DNA from: an uncultured Candidatus Binatia bacterium | GTDB lineage: Bacteria; Desulfobacterota; Binatia; UBA9968; JAJDTQ01 | Assembly: GCA_964291295.2 (NCBI GenBank) | Contig: OZ219754.1 | Coordinates: 1,728,001 to 1,792,000 of the forward strand | Reading direction: 5' to 3' | Length of the DNA stretch: 64,000 nt | Shown: in pieces, positions 9,952-18,507 of the stretch | How positions within the stretch are numbered: the first letter of the stretch is position 1 | Layout: every line of letters begins with the position of its first letter | Made by a program: the position numbers and the translations under genes | The notes under the pieces: generated by a model | The model's database searches: none | Told to the model about the DNA's origin: nothing | Seen by the model: the letters and a program-made list of their open reading frames with translations, nothing else

Positions 9952-11478
9952 TCATGACGCCCGCTTGCCTTCCAGAAAACAGCTCAGGACGAACCCGGCG
10001 ACCGCGGCGGCGATGCCCATCAGGAAGGCCCACCATAGCGCATTCATGAGGGCGCCGGTGACGGTCGGCATGAGGTCGGCGGGTATCAGTGAGCGGGTGG
10101 CGGGATCGAGGAGGTTCTGCGGATTCAGGAGCTTCCGCAGCACCGGCTCCGGCAGCGACGCCCTGAGGTCCGCCGCAATGACCGTGAAGGCGGTGTTCAT
10201 GCGTTGCAGCAGGATGCTGCCCATGACGCTCAGGATCAGCGCGCCGCCGATGGTACGGAACAGCATGACCGTCGAGGTGGCGACGCCGAGGTGCTGGAAC
10301 GGCACCGCGGCCTGGGCGGCCACCAGCGCGGTGACATTGGTCATGCCCATGCCGGTGCCGGCGGCGCTGACCGCCATGAGCATGAGGATCATGCCGCCGG
10401 CCTGGTCCAGCAGCATGAAGGGGATGTAACCGGCGACCATGAGGGCCATCCCGGTGGCGCAGACGTTGCGGTATCCCCATGCCGGAGCAACCCGGCCGGC
10501 GGCAAGGCTTCCGGCCGTCCACCCCACGCTCAGGGGCAGGAGGGTGAGTCCGGCCAGCGCGGCGCTGCCGCCCAGGGTGCCCTGGACGTACAGCGGCAGA
10601 AACCCGACCACGCCGAAGATGCCCATGGCCGCAAGCAGGCTGAGGCAGGTGGGACGGCTGTAGTCCGGCATGTGGAAGAGCGCCATGGGCAGCAACGGAT
10701 CCCTGGCCCTGCGTTCGATGGCGATGAAGAGCGCCAGCAGCAGGACGACGCCCGTCACCACCGAGACGGACTCGGCGGTGACCAGGTCGATCTGGTTGGC
10801 GGCGACGAGCAGCCCGTAGAACAGCAGCATCAGCGCGCTCAGGAGAATCGCTGCGCCTGCCAAGTCCAGCGGCCGGCGCGTGCTTTCGGCGCGCCGCTCC
10901 CGGAAACCGGCGATGATGAGCCCGGCCGCCACGGCCCCCAGCGGCAGATTGATCCAGAAGATCCAGCGCCAGTCCCAGTACTCGGCGATGATCCCGCCGC
11001 CGGCCGGGCCGAGCACCGAGGCGACGCCCCAGACGCTGGCGATCAGTCCCTGCATCCGCGCGCGCTGTTCGACGGGAAAGACCACCCCGACGATGATGAA
11101 CGCCAGCGCATACACCGCGCCGCCACCCGCACCCTGCACGGCGCGGAAGACGATGAGCTGCGTCATGGTCTGGGCGGCGCCGCAGGCCCCGGAGCCCAGC
11201 ACGAAGGCCCCGATGGCGAGGAGCATCAGGGTGCGCCGGCTGTAGAGGTCCGAAAGCTTGCCAAAGACCGGCGTGGCCAGCGCCGAGGTGAGCATGTAGA
11301 CGGAGAAGACCCAACTGTAGAGGTCGAGGGCGCCGAGTTGGGCGACCACCGTGGGCATGGCGCTGCTCACGATGGTGGCGTCGATGGCAAAGAGAAAGAC
11401 CGCCACCATCACCCCGGCGACGGCCACCGGAGCTCTGCGGAACGCGCTGGCGGTGTATCGTGACATGTGTCGTGCCAT
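9952..11478 (-). CDS. MFS transporter, DHA2 (14-TM) family
   Basis: DATIVSSAMP, GKLSDLYSRR, WRWIFWINLP motifs. Confidence 0.9.
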   Translation of the reverse strand: MARHMSRYTASAFRRAPVAVAGVMVAVFLFAIDATIVSSAMPTVVAQLGALDLYSWVFSVYMLTSALATPVFGKLSDLYSRRTLMLLAIGAFVLGSGACGAAQTMTQLIVFRAVQGAGGGAVYALAFIIVGVVFPVEQRARMQGLIASVWGVASVLGPAGGGIIAEYWDWRWIFWINLPLGAVAAGLIIAGFRERRAESTRRPLDLAGAAILLSALMLLFYGLLVAANQIDLVTAESVSVVTGVVLLLALFIAIERRARDPLLPMALFHMPDYSRPTCLSLLAAMGIFGVVGFLPLYVQGTLGGSAALAGLTLLPLSVGWTAGSLAAGRVAPAWGYRNVCATGMALMVAGYIPFMLLDQAGGMILMLMAVSAAGTGMGMTNVTALVAAQAAVPFQHLGVATSTVMLFRTIGGALILSVMGSILLQRMNTAFTVIAADLRASLPEPVLRKLLNPQNLLDPATRSLIPADLMPTVTGALMNALWWAFLMGIAAAVAGFVLSCFLEGKRAS

Positions 11479-11804
11479 GATGCTTGTGAGTGCGCGTGCG
11501 CTATGCGCCCCGGGCGTCGGCCGCGGTCGGCGGCGACGATGACGGCGGTGCCGCGACGACCCCCATGTGCGCGTTACGGCACTGACTCACTGACTGACGG
11601 CTGCTGCAATTGACCGGTCACCGGCGACCCCTGCGCGCGCCTTGGGGCACCGCTGGAGTCCCTCTGCGGAGGTTCTCATGATCCGCCCTCGGGTTCGGTT
11701 ACGTAGCATCGCGCCTTCGACTCCGGCTCACCATTTATCGAATCCGTTACACCGGCTCCAGTCTGGTCCGAACGGGCGGCCCGGACAGGGCATCGCGCAG
11801 AGCG

Positions 11805-13307
11805 TCAGGCGATCACTGCCGCAATCGCTCGTCCGATCTTCATTCGGGTCCACCGGTATTGATGCTTCATGCGGGACACCTTATCTTCTCGTGGCGTCTC
11901 GGCGAACGGGTACTGGGGCCTGCCGCCTTCACCAAGCCCCTGGCGATCACCATGCGAGAATTCGCAACTGGCCACGCACCGGCTCGGATGTTCGAAGGGT
12001 TCGGTTCGTGCCTCCACGAAACGGTGCTCGAACGACCATTGGCCGGCGGTCGGTACGTCGTCGTGCCACCAGTCCTCGCCGATCAGGTAGCGGACAAGCA
12101 TTCGTGTCTGCTCGGCCGCCACGGCGCCACAGAACCCGATCGTGTTCTGGCCTGGTTCCGGCCCGTCCGCAATACCGTCGTTGATGTAGCGCCCGTGACG
12201 CCTGATGCCCATGCGCTCGTCTCGGGCATCGCTGCTGGTGTACTGACCGCGACAACGTAGGCATTTCATGTCGGGGCCAATCAGGTGGACCTGCCACTTC
12301 GCAGACAACAGGCGCTCCCGCGACTCCACGAGAACGCCGCCGTCGATCAACGGAAGGCAGTTTGCATAGGCGAGGTGATTGAGAACCTCGCGCGCCTCAG
12401 CGTTGTCGACACAGCACACGATGACGGCGGCGTCGGCGGCCAAACGGTACGCGCGCTCGGTGCGGATGGACAAGGGCACCGGGCGCATGACCGGACGCCG
12501 TGCAGCGGCGATTCTGCGAAGGTGAGCCACGGCCACCTCCGCTTTGGGCAATCCCAGGCAGTGCCGATCGGCGTAGATCAGGCGATCGAGGTTCTTTTGC
12601 TCGACTAGGTCCGGGTCAATAACGGTGATCTCCTCGAACCCGGTGCGTGCTAGATATTCGAGCACCAGCGAACCCACACTCCCCGCACCGACGACGCAGA
12701 CATGCGTGCGCGCCAGCCGTGACTGTGCCGCGATACCCCAGCTGTCGATGGTCCTCACCAAGTTCGAGCGCCGAGCGTAAGGTGGATACGCATCCGGATG
12801 CCAATCCACTCCCGTATGACGCGGCCCGATCCGCCGAACTTCCGTGCAAGGCACAGGGACGATCCGGCCATGCGCGGACTGCCGCCAGAAGCGCGCGCTC
12901 CAGACACCGTTCGAACCTATCGTCAGCCCGAGCAGGGGCAGGCCGGTCTCTCGAATGAAGGGCGCAATGGTGTTGCGCTCTGTATCGTCGTCCATGCCGG
13001 TCAGACCCTGCCAACCGGGAGCAGGGTGGCTGTGAAGGACCGCGATGCCCGCTTGGGCTTTGACCGCATGATCCAGCACCCGGTTCAGGTATTGGCCGTG
13101 CACCGTGACGTTGCTGTTTAGATCGCGATCGCCGTTTTCCGGGAAGAATGCCTTGCCGAGGATTCCTGTGTAGCTGTCAAGTCCGTCGGCCCGGCGCCAC
13201 AGTGCGAGGCATGCCTCCTCCTGTATCCCACCGTGCTGCAGGCCCCTGAGCAGGTGATCCGCGAACTGCCGGTGCAGCACTTCGCGCAGGACGACGCGGT
13301 GCCTCAA
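11805..13307 (-). CDS. JAB-like peptidase / ThiF-family E1 fusion (BubCD-like)
   Basis: TTG start overlaps the upstream TGA (TTGA). N-terminal EEAC...HSHPAPGWQGLTGMDD (JAB HxH...[S/T]xxD). C-terminal VVGAGSVG, IDPD, KNLDRL, CVDN..AR, CLRC and CVASC. Confidence 0.85.
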   Translation of the reverse strand: MRHRVVLREVLHRQFADHLLRGLQHGGIQEEACLALWRRADGLDSYTGILGKAFFPENGDRDLNSNVTVHGQYLNRVLDHAVKAQAGIAVLHSHPAPGWQGLTGMDDDTERNTIAPFIRETGLPLLGLTIGSNGVWSARFWRQSAHGRIVPVPCTEVRRIGPRHTGVDWHPDAYPPYARRSNLVRTIDSWGIAAQSRLARTHVCVVGAGSVGSLVLEYLARTGFEEITVIDPDLVEQKNLDRLIYADRHCLGLPKAEVAVAHLRRIAAARRPVMRPVPLSIRTERAYRLAADAAVIVCCVDNAEAREVLNHLAYANCLPLIDGGVLVESRERLLSAKWQVHLIGPDMKCLRCRGQYTSSDARDERMGIRRHGRYINDGIADGPEPGQNTIGFCGAVAAEQTRMLVRYLIGEDWWHDDVPTAGQWSFEHRFVEARTEPFEHPSRCVASCEFSHGDRQGLGEGGRPQYPFAETPREDKVSRMKHQYRWTRMKIGRAIAAVIA

Positions 13308-13729
13308 CGAGCGCTCCAGATTCTGCGGATGTGCCTGTCCAGGTAGACGCTCATGTTCTTTCCGTTTGGTGTGTCGATCCGATCCCAGAAATCGTTCGGC
13401 GGAGCGCTGATCACCATCCAGTGGCGCCCCTCCGCACATGGATAGGTCTCTACAACTCCCGGCGGCCGGGCTCCCCGCACCTGCTCGGCCAGAACAGCAT
13501 CCGGCGGCGAGATGTACACCCAGTGCGGTGCCACTTCGGGCCACTTCCCCTCGTTCTCGTGGACGGCGACCGCCAAGGTTACGGTTTCCCCGGCGCGGCT
13601 GCCGTCCTTGATCCGGTATTCGAAACGGACGCCGTCCGCGCCGCCCTGTTGCTCTGGCGCGGTGAAGGGTCCCGGTCGGTAGCGCAGACCGAAGAGTTCG
13701 GCTGCCATGCGTTCAGAGTTCTGGCTCAT
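13304..13729 (-). CDS. Prokaryotic E2/UBC-like protein (family E, BubB-like)
   Basis: WPEVAPHWVYISP and WMVISAPPNDFW...YLDRHIRRIW resemble prokaryotic E2 family E; lies between Ubl and E1 with 4-bp overlaps. Confidence 0.65.
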   Translation of the reverse strand: MSQNSERMAAELFGLRYRPGPFTAPEQQGGADGVRFEYRIKDGSRAGETVTLAVAVHENEGKWPEVAPHWVYISPPDAVLAEQVRGARPPGVVETYPCAEGRHWMVISAPPNDFWDRIDTPNGKNMSVYLDRHIRRIWSAR

Positions 13730-13968
13730 GCGAACGGCGCCCCCTTCTCCGGGGCCGCCCGAAACACGTTGTGCTCGTCGAGGTTCGCTTGTTGACCCGA
13801 AACGAAAGTCACCTCCGAGTCCGGCACCCGCAGTACGTAGCCGGTCTTGTCGGGATCCCCACCGATTGCTTTCCCCTTGAACGCGATCCGCAACAACACG
13901 GCCGCGTCGACCGACCGCCGGTCCGTGAAGAACGTTTCGCCGTTCACCTTGAACTCGTACTGTTCCAT
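13726..13968 (-). CDS. Ubiquitin-like (multiubiquitin-type beta-grasp) protein, BubA-like
   Basis: 80 aa; YEFKVNGETF...LLRIA...YVL...V..GQQANL...VFRA pattern; GGAGG RBS; first gene of the operon. Confidence 0.7.
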   Translation of the reverse strand: MEQYEFKVNGETFFTDRRSVDAAVLLRIAFKGKAIGGDPDKTGYVLRVPDSEVTFVSGQQANLDEHNVFRAAPEKGAPFA

Positions 13969-14033
13969 GGCAGCCTCCTGTCAGTCATTTTGGGTGTGCG
14001 ATTTCTGGCACGCTCAGGCATTCTGTATCCATG

Positions 14034-14104
14034 AAGATAGCAGTCGCTGGAGGTGTCGTCAACTTATGGTTGACATTTCGATATATTATACATAGAATGT
14101 CAAC
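14034..14104. promoter_or_regulatory. Back-to-back sigma70 promoters with GTTGAC half-site operator array
   Basis: Plus strand TTGACA(14070-75)-N17-TAGAAT(14093-98). Minus strand TTGACG(14062-57)-N17-TATCTT(14039-34). GTCAAC-N5-GTTGAC palindrome at 14058-14074 and GTTGACATT/AATGTCAAC inverted pair at 14069-14104. Confidence 0.75.
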
Positions 14105-14128
14105 CCTTAGGGAAAGGAGGGTCTGGGG

Positions 14129-15208
14129 GTGTTCGGACAACGACTTCGGCTGGCCCGCAAACGGGCAGGTCTTTCAATGCGCGAACTCGCGGACGTGATG
14201 ACCCCGAGGGTGACCGCTCAGGCGATCAGCAAGTACGAGGCGGACAGGATGCTGCCCTCTTCCGCTGTACTAGTCGGGCTAGGCAAGACTCTTGATGTCT
14301 CGCTGGATTTCCTCATGAGCGGACAGTTCGAGGCGCTTGACGGTGTGGAGTTCCGAAAGCATTCCAGTGCGTCGGCTCGTGACCGCGCCAAGGCCGAAGC
14401 GATCCTGATCGACAGCCTGGAGCGTTATCTGGCCATCGAGCACATCCTCGACATACCCTCCGACGCGGGCTGGATCGAGGGGTGCCGTTACGACAGTGTC
14501 GCAAGCGAAACCCAGATCGACGAGAGGGCCGATGAGCTTCGCAACGCCTGGGGTCTTGGCATGGATCCAATTCCCAGCTTGTGCGAATTGCTCGAAGACA
14601 AGAACATCAAGGTGGTCGCAGCCGACCTGCCCGAAAGCATCAACGGTCTTTCATGCCACGTTCGGCGGGGTGGCAAGACCGTTGCCGAGGCCGTCATGGT
14701 GTCCAGCCGGATCAATGTCGAGCGGAAACGTTTTACGCTCGCCCACGAACTGGCCCACAGGATCATTCGTTCTACGGGAAACCCGGCGATCAATGTGGAG
14801 GCGGCCATAAACCGGTTCGCTGGCGCATTCCTCGTTCCCGGCCAACGTCTGCGGGACGAGGTGGGCCACGACCGCCATCGGATTACGTACTACGAGATCA
14901 TTCGCCTGAAACACATGTACGGCGTCTCCGCGGCGGCCGTCCTGGTTCGTCTGGGGCAGGTTGGTGCATTGCCCTCCGCTGCCATCGAACGTGCCTTCGC
15001 AACCTTCGCCCACTCCTGGCGCAAGTCGGAACCGGATCCCATCGGCGAGGATCACGGGTTCGCAGCCTTCGAAAAGCCACACCGTTTCAAATGTCTAGTG
15101 TCTCATGCGGTGGGCGAGGAGTTGATTTCGCCGGTGCGTGCAGCGGCACTTCTCAACCAGTCGCTTGACTCCGTCGAGCAACAGATCAGCGGTCCGATGA
15201 TCCAGTGA
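14129..15208 (+). CDS. XRE-family HTH fused to ImmA/IrrE (M78) metallopeptidase
   Basis: N-terminal RLRLARKRAGLSMRELA...QAISKYE HTH; RKRFTLAHELAH (HExxH) and EAAINRFAGAFLVP; AGGAGG RBS. Confidence 0.9.
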   Translation: MFGQRLRLARKRAGLSMRELADVMTPRVTAQAISKYEADRMLPSSAVLVGLGKTLDVSLDFLMSGQFEALDGVEFRKHSSASARDRAKAEAILIDSLERYLAIEHILDIPSDAGWIEGCRYDSVASETQIDERADELRNAWGLGMDPIPSLCELLEDKNIKVVAADLPESINGLSCHVRRGGKTVAEAVMVSSRINVERKRFTLAHELAHRIIRSTGNPAINVEAAINRFAGAFLVPGQRLRDEVGHDRHRITYYEIIRLKHMYGVSAAAVLVRLGQVGALPSAAIERAFATFAHSWRKSEPDPIGEDHGFAAFEKPHRFKCLVSHAVGEELISPVRAAALLNQSLDSVEQQISGPMIQ

Positions 15209-15714
15209 CGTGCGTCATCGTCAACGATGCTTCCTGCCTGATCGATCTCCGCGAGGGTGATCTGCCTGCCGCCCTTGGTGATCTCCCTTATCGAATCGTG
15301 GTTCCGCTGCCGGTGCGCGCAACCGAAGTGCTCGATCTGTCCGAGCACCAGTGGCGAGCGCTCGATGACGCAGGGATGATCACGCACGATCTCACACCGG
15401 AGGATGTCGGTCAGGCCCTCCGGCTCAAGGGTGGCCACCCCGGCCTCTCTGCGAACGACTGCTTCTGTCTTGTCACCGCGCGGGCTTGCTCCGGCATTCT
15501 GCTGACGGGCGATGCCCTGCTACGCACGGTCGCCCTCGCTGACGGCTTGCAGGTACACGGCGTGCTTTGGGTCGTGGACGAACTCGACTCTGCAGGAATC
15601 TGTTCCAGATCGTTACTTGCTCGAGCCCTCAAGGTCTGGCAAGAGGACGTCAGCGTCTTCTTGCCGGAACAGGAGATCTCTCTACGCCTGAAACGCCTCT
15701 CGGAAGCCCGGTAG
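15205..15714 (+). CDS. PIN-domain protein (DUF3368-like)
   Basis: IVNDASCLIDL, LSANDCFCL, LLTGDALLR, VHGVLW; GTG overlaps the upstream TGA. Confidence 0.8.
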   Translation: MTCVIVNDASCLIDLREGDLPAALGDLPYRIVVPLPVRATEVLDLSEHQWRALDDAGMITHDLTPEDVGQALRLKGGHPGLSANDCFCLVTARACSGILLTGDALLRTVALADGLQVHGVLWVVDELDSAGICSRSLLARALKVWQEDVSVFLPEQEISLRLKRLSEAR

Positions 15715-16236
15715 CGGAGGCAACGATGATGACAAGGCACCCGTGCCGAATGGATCAACCCGGACTGACGGCCGCACAGACCACCTGCCTCGCAATCTCG
15801 CCTGCCGGAGCAACGCCGCCACCGCCATCGTCCGCTGCAACCGTCGCTTCCGCTGCTTGCCCGAAGCCAACCGCCAACTATGCCGCCCGGGCCCAGGACG
15901 CCCTCGACGCCATCCTCATCGCTCCCACCGCCTGAAACACACCCCACGCCGCCCCACCCTCGCTGCCCGGTGCCGGGCTCCCCTCTGCCCGTCAACTGGC
16001 CTTGACCTTCACTTTCGCTTGGTGAAACCGCCCTCCATACCCGCCCATACTTCCTCTCCCTCTGCCCCCTGTATGCGCCATCGCCCTCTTCCCTCTCCTG
16101 AACCCGGAGCTATGAATCATCCCTGCGCACAGCCCTTGCCATCCGATCCTCTTCTGCGCCATATTGTCCGTCAGGCGAAAGGGGCGCCCTCGTCACGGGG
16201 GTGCTCGATACGGGACCAACGACCGGACAGGCTGCC

Positions 16237-17676
16237 ATGCTGACCCGTCTTGAAGTGGACGGCTTCAAGAATCTGGTCGATTTTTCCATCGATTTCGGCC
16301 CATACACCTGCATTGTCGGACCGAATGGAATCGGGAAATCGAACATATTCGATGCCATCGTTTTTTTGTCGCGTCTGGCCGATAAACCCATCATTGAGGC
16401 AGCTGCCGCTGTCCGCACCGGCTCCGGTGATTTGGATCGGATCGACGATTTGTTTTTCCGCAGCGGCCCTGTGCGCAAGAACTCGTTCAAGATAGCAGCA
16501 GAGATGTTGGTGGAGCGCCGCATTTCCGACGATTTCGGACGTCCCGGGACAGCCACGTCCACCTTTCTTCGTTATGAGATAGAAATCGGGAAAAAAGCAA
16601 AGAGTCGAAGCGACATCGCCCACCCTCTCGACATCGAACTGCGGTCGGAGTCCCTTTATCCTATCCGCAAGGGAGACGCCGCGAAAAAGCTGCGGTTCCC
16701 GCATTCGAAGTTTAAATTCAGGGATCGAGCGGTGCAAAACCACAGATTCACCAGAGCCGGCTATATTTCCACCGAAAACGGCATTGGCAAAGAGGCAGAG
16801 ATCGTTGTTCACCAAGATGGTGGTTCCAGGGGACCTGGGCAAAAAGCCCCTGCCCGCGGTGCGCCTCGGACGATTGTCGGAACGACCAACACCATCGCAA
16901 CCCCGACAATTCTCGCTGCACGGCGGGAAATGCAACGTTGGCGTTTGCTGTCCTTGGAGCCAAGTGCTATGCGCCGCCCGGATCGCCTGGGCCGCGATCC
17001 CGATATGGTCTCAGACAATGGAGCCCATCTCGCCGCTGCTCTTTACCGGCTCAAGAACGCTGAAGCAAGCGGCATCGATGCTATCGCAAATATTTCATCG
17101 AGGTTATCGGAACTTGTTCCTGTTACCCGCATTGATGCGATTCGCGATGAGACTCGCCAACTCCTGACATTGGAAGTCACCGAACGCGATGGCCAGCAAT
17201 TTTCGGCAAGTGCCATATCAGACGGGACTTTGCGGTTTCTCGCTCTTGCGATATTGGCGGAGGATCCAAAGGCTCAGGGCCTGCTTTGCATGGAAGAGCC
17301 CGAGAACGGCGTTCATCCAGAACGTTTGGAATCCATGGCCAACCTGATACGAGACATGGCAGTGGATGCCGGCGATGAACTGGACGACGACAATGTCATG
17401 CGTCAGGCAATTGCAGCGACACATTCTCCTTATTTTCTCCAGCTTCAGAACGAGGACGATATATTGCTGGCAAAGGAAATTGTTCGACGACATGAGAGTC
17501 AACCGATACCGGTTCTGCGGTGCTATCCGCTGACAAGGACTTGGCGCGCCAAGTTGGGCGAACCAAATTTGGCCCTTGGCCTGTCCACGATATTACCCTA
17601 TCTCAGTCCGCCGGCTGGCGCTCAATTGAAGCTACCACTGCCACTTCAGCCACATCCGCCGGTTGCAATACCATGA
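16237..17676 (+). CDS. ABC/AAA_21-type ATPase (defence-associated type)
   Basis: MLTRLEVDGFKNL, Walker A GPNGIGKSN, ISDGT signature, CMEEPENGVHP, ATHSP; lower GC than the backbone. Confidence 0.88.
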   Translation: MLTRLEVDGFKNLVDFSIDFGPYTCIVGPNGIGKSNIFDAIVFLSRLADKPIIEAAAAVRTGSGDLDRIDDLFFRSGPVRKNSFKIAAEMLVERRISDDFGRPGTATSTFLRYEIEIGKKAKSRSDIAHPLDIELRSESLYPIRKGDAAKKLRFPHSKFKFRDRAVQNHRFTRAGYISTENGIGKEAEIVVHQDGGSRGPGQKAPARGAPRTIVGTTNTIATPTILAARREMQRWRLLSLEPSAMRRPDRLGRDPDMVSDNGAHLAAALYRLKNAEASGIDAIANISSRLSELVPVTRIDAIRDETRQLLTLEVTERDGQQFSASAISDGTLRFLALAILAEDPKAQGLLCMEEPENGVHPERLESMANLIRDMAVDAGDELDDDNVMRQAIAATHSPYFLQLQNEDDILLAKEIVRRHESQPIPVLRCYPLTRTWRAKLGEPNLALGLSTILPYLSPPAGAQLKLPLPLQPHPPVAIP

Positions 17677-18326
17677 ACGGGAGAATTGTCCGATTTGCCT
17701 TGATTTGCGAAGGAAATTCGGACAAGGCTCTCGTCGAACACCTTCAAGGCCTATTGATTTATTGTGGGGCAGCAGAAGCTGTCGGCGTAGCGGTTTCCCA
17801 GTCGTCGATAAGGCCATTGAAGACCGGGGCGACGAGGGCGATCGGCGATAAGATTCGAGCGTTTCTGTCGTTCGATTCGGAATATGATCTTCTGTTCATC
17901 CACAGGGACACAGACAATATGAATTATGAAAGCAGATTTGCGGAAATCGAGAGCGGAATGGCCGGAGTCCAAGTAACTTTCTTCTGGATTCCAGCGATTC
18001 CGGTGAGGGAGACGGAGGCTTGGCTTCTGCTGGATGAGGCGGCAATCCGAAGGGCCGCCGGCAACCCGAGAGGAAAGGTGCCTCTCGGGTTGCCAGAACC
18101 CGTCCGGATAGAGGATGTTGCAAACCCAAAGGAGGTTCTCAGGACAGCGCTTTCGACCGCCAGCGGCCAGCAAGGGGGACGTTTGCGGAGATTCAAGAAG
18201 AAGTTCTCGCAGCAAAGACGTAGTCTTTTGGAACAACTACCCGTCGGTGGCCCTTTGGAACATGTCCCGGCATGGTGCCGACTGAAGCGGGCCGTGGAGG
18301 ATTTCGTGAGTGCTCCCGCCGAATAG
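17673..18326 (+). CDS. TOPRIM-like DUF4276/RloB-type protein
   Basis: ICEGNSD, FIHRDTD, PVRETEAWLL motifs; ATGA overlap with the ATPase. Confidence 0.75.
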   Translation: MNGRIVRFALICEGNSDKALVEHLQGLLIYCGAAEAVGVAVSQSSIRPLKTGATRAIGDKIRAFLSFDSEYDLLFIHRDTDNMNYESRFAEIESGMAGVQVTFFWIPAIPVRETEAWLLLDEAAIRRAAGNPRGKVPLGLPEPVRIEDVANPKEVLRTALSTASGQQGGRLRRFKKKFSQQRRSLLEQLPVGGPLEHVPAWCRLKRAVEDFVSAPAE

Positions 18327-18507
18327 CGGAAGGGACACCGTCTTGATAGCCTCGGTGGCTCTTTCCCGTTGGTCGTCCATGTTTGTTGCGGCCTCGCTGT
18401 CGACGCTTGCTATAGGGACGCTCTCGTCACGGCCGGGCGGATCCGAAAGACTCGGCCATTCGGCCAACTCCCCCGGTGCATCACCTTCCGGCGGTCCCGG
18501 CACCCCC

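Noticed and set aside
11805-13307. ThiF/MoeB gene as part of thiamine or molybdopterin biosynthesis, or as CBASS Cap2
   Set aside because: It is fused to a JAB domain and coupled to E2-like and Ubl genes; no ThiS/MoaD-type GG carrier, cofactor genes or CD-NTase are nearby.
15720-16200. ORFs between the PIN gene and the ATPase
   Set aside because: C-rich low-complexity sequence with no RBS or recognisable domain; possibly an unidentifiable remnant.
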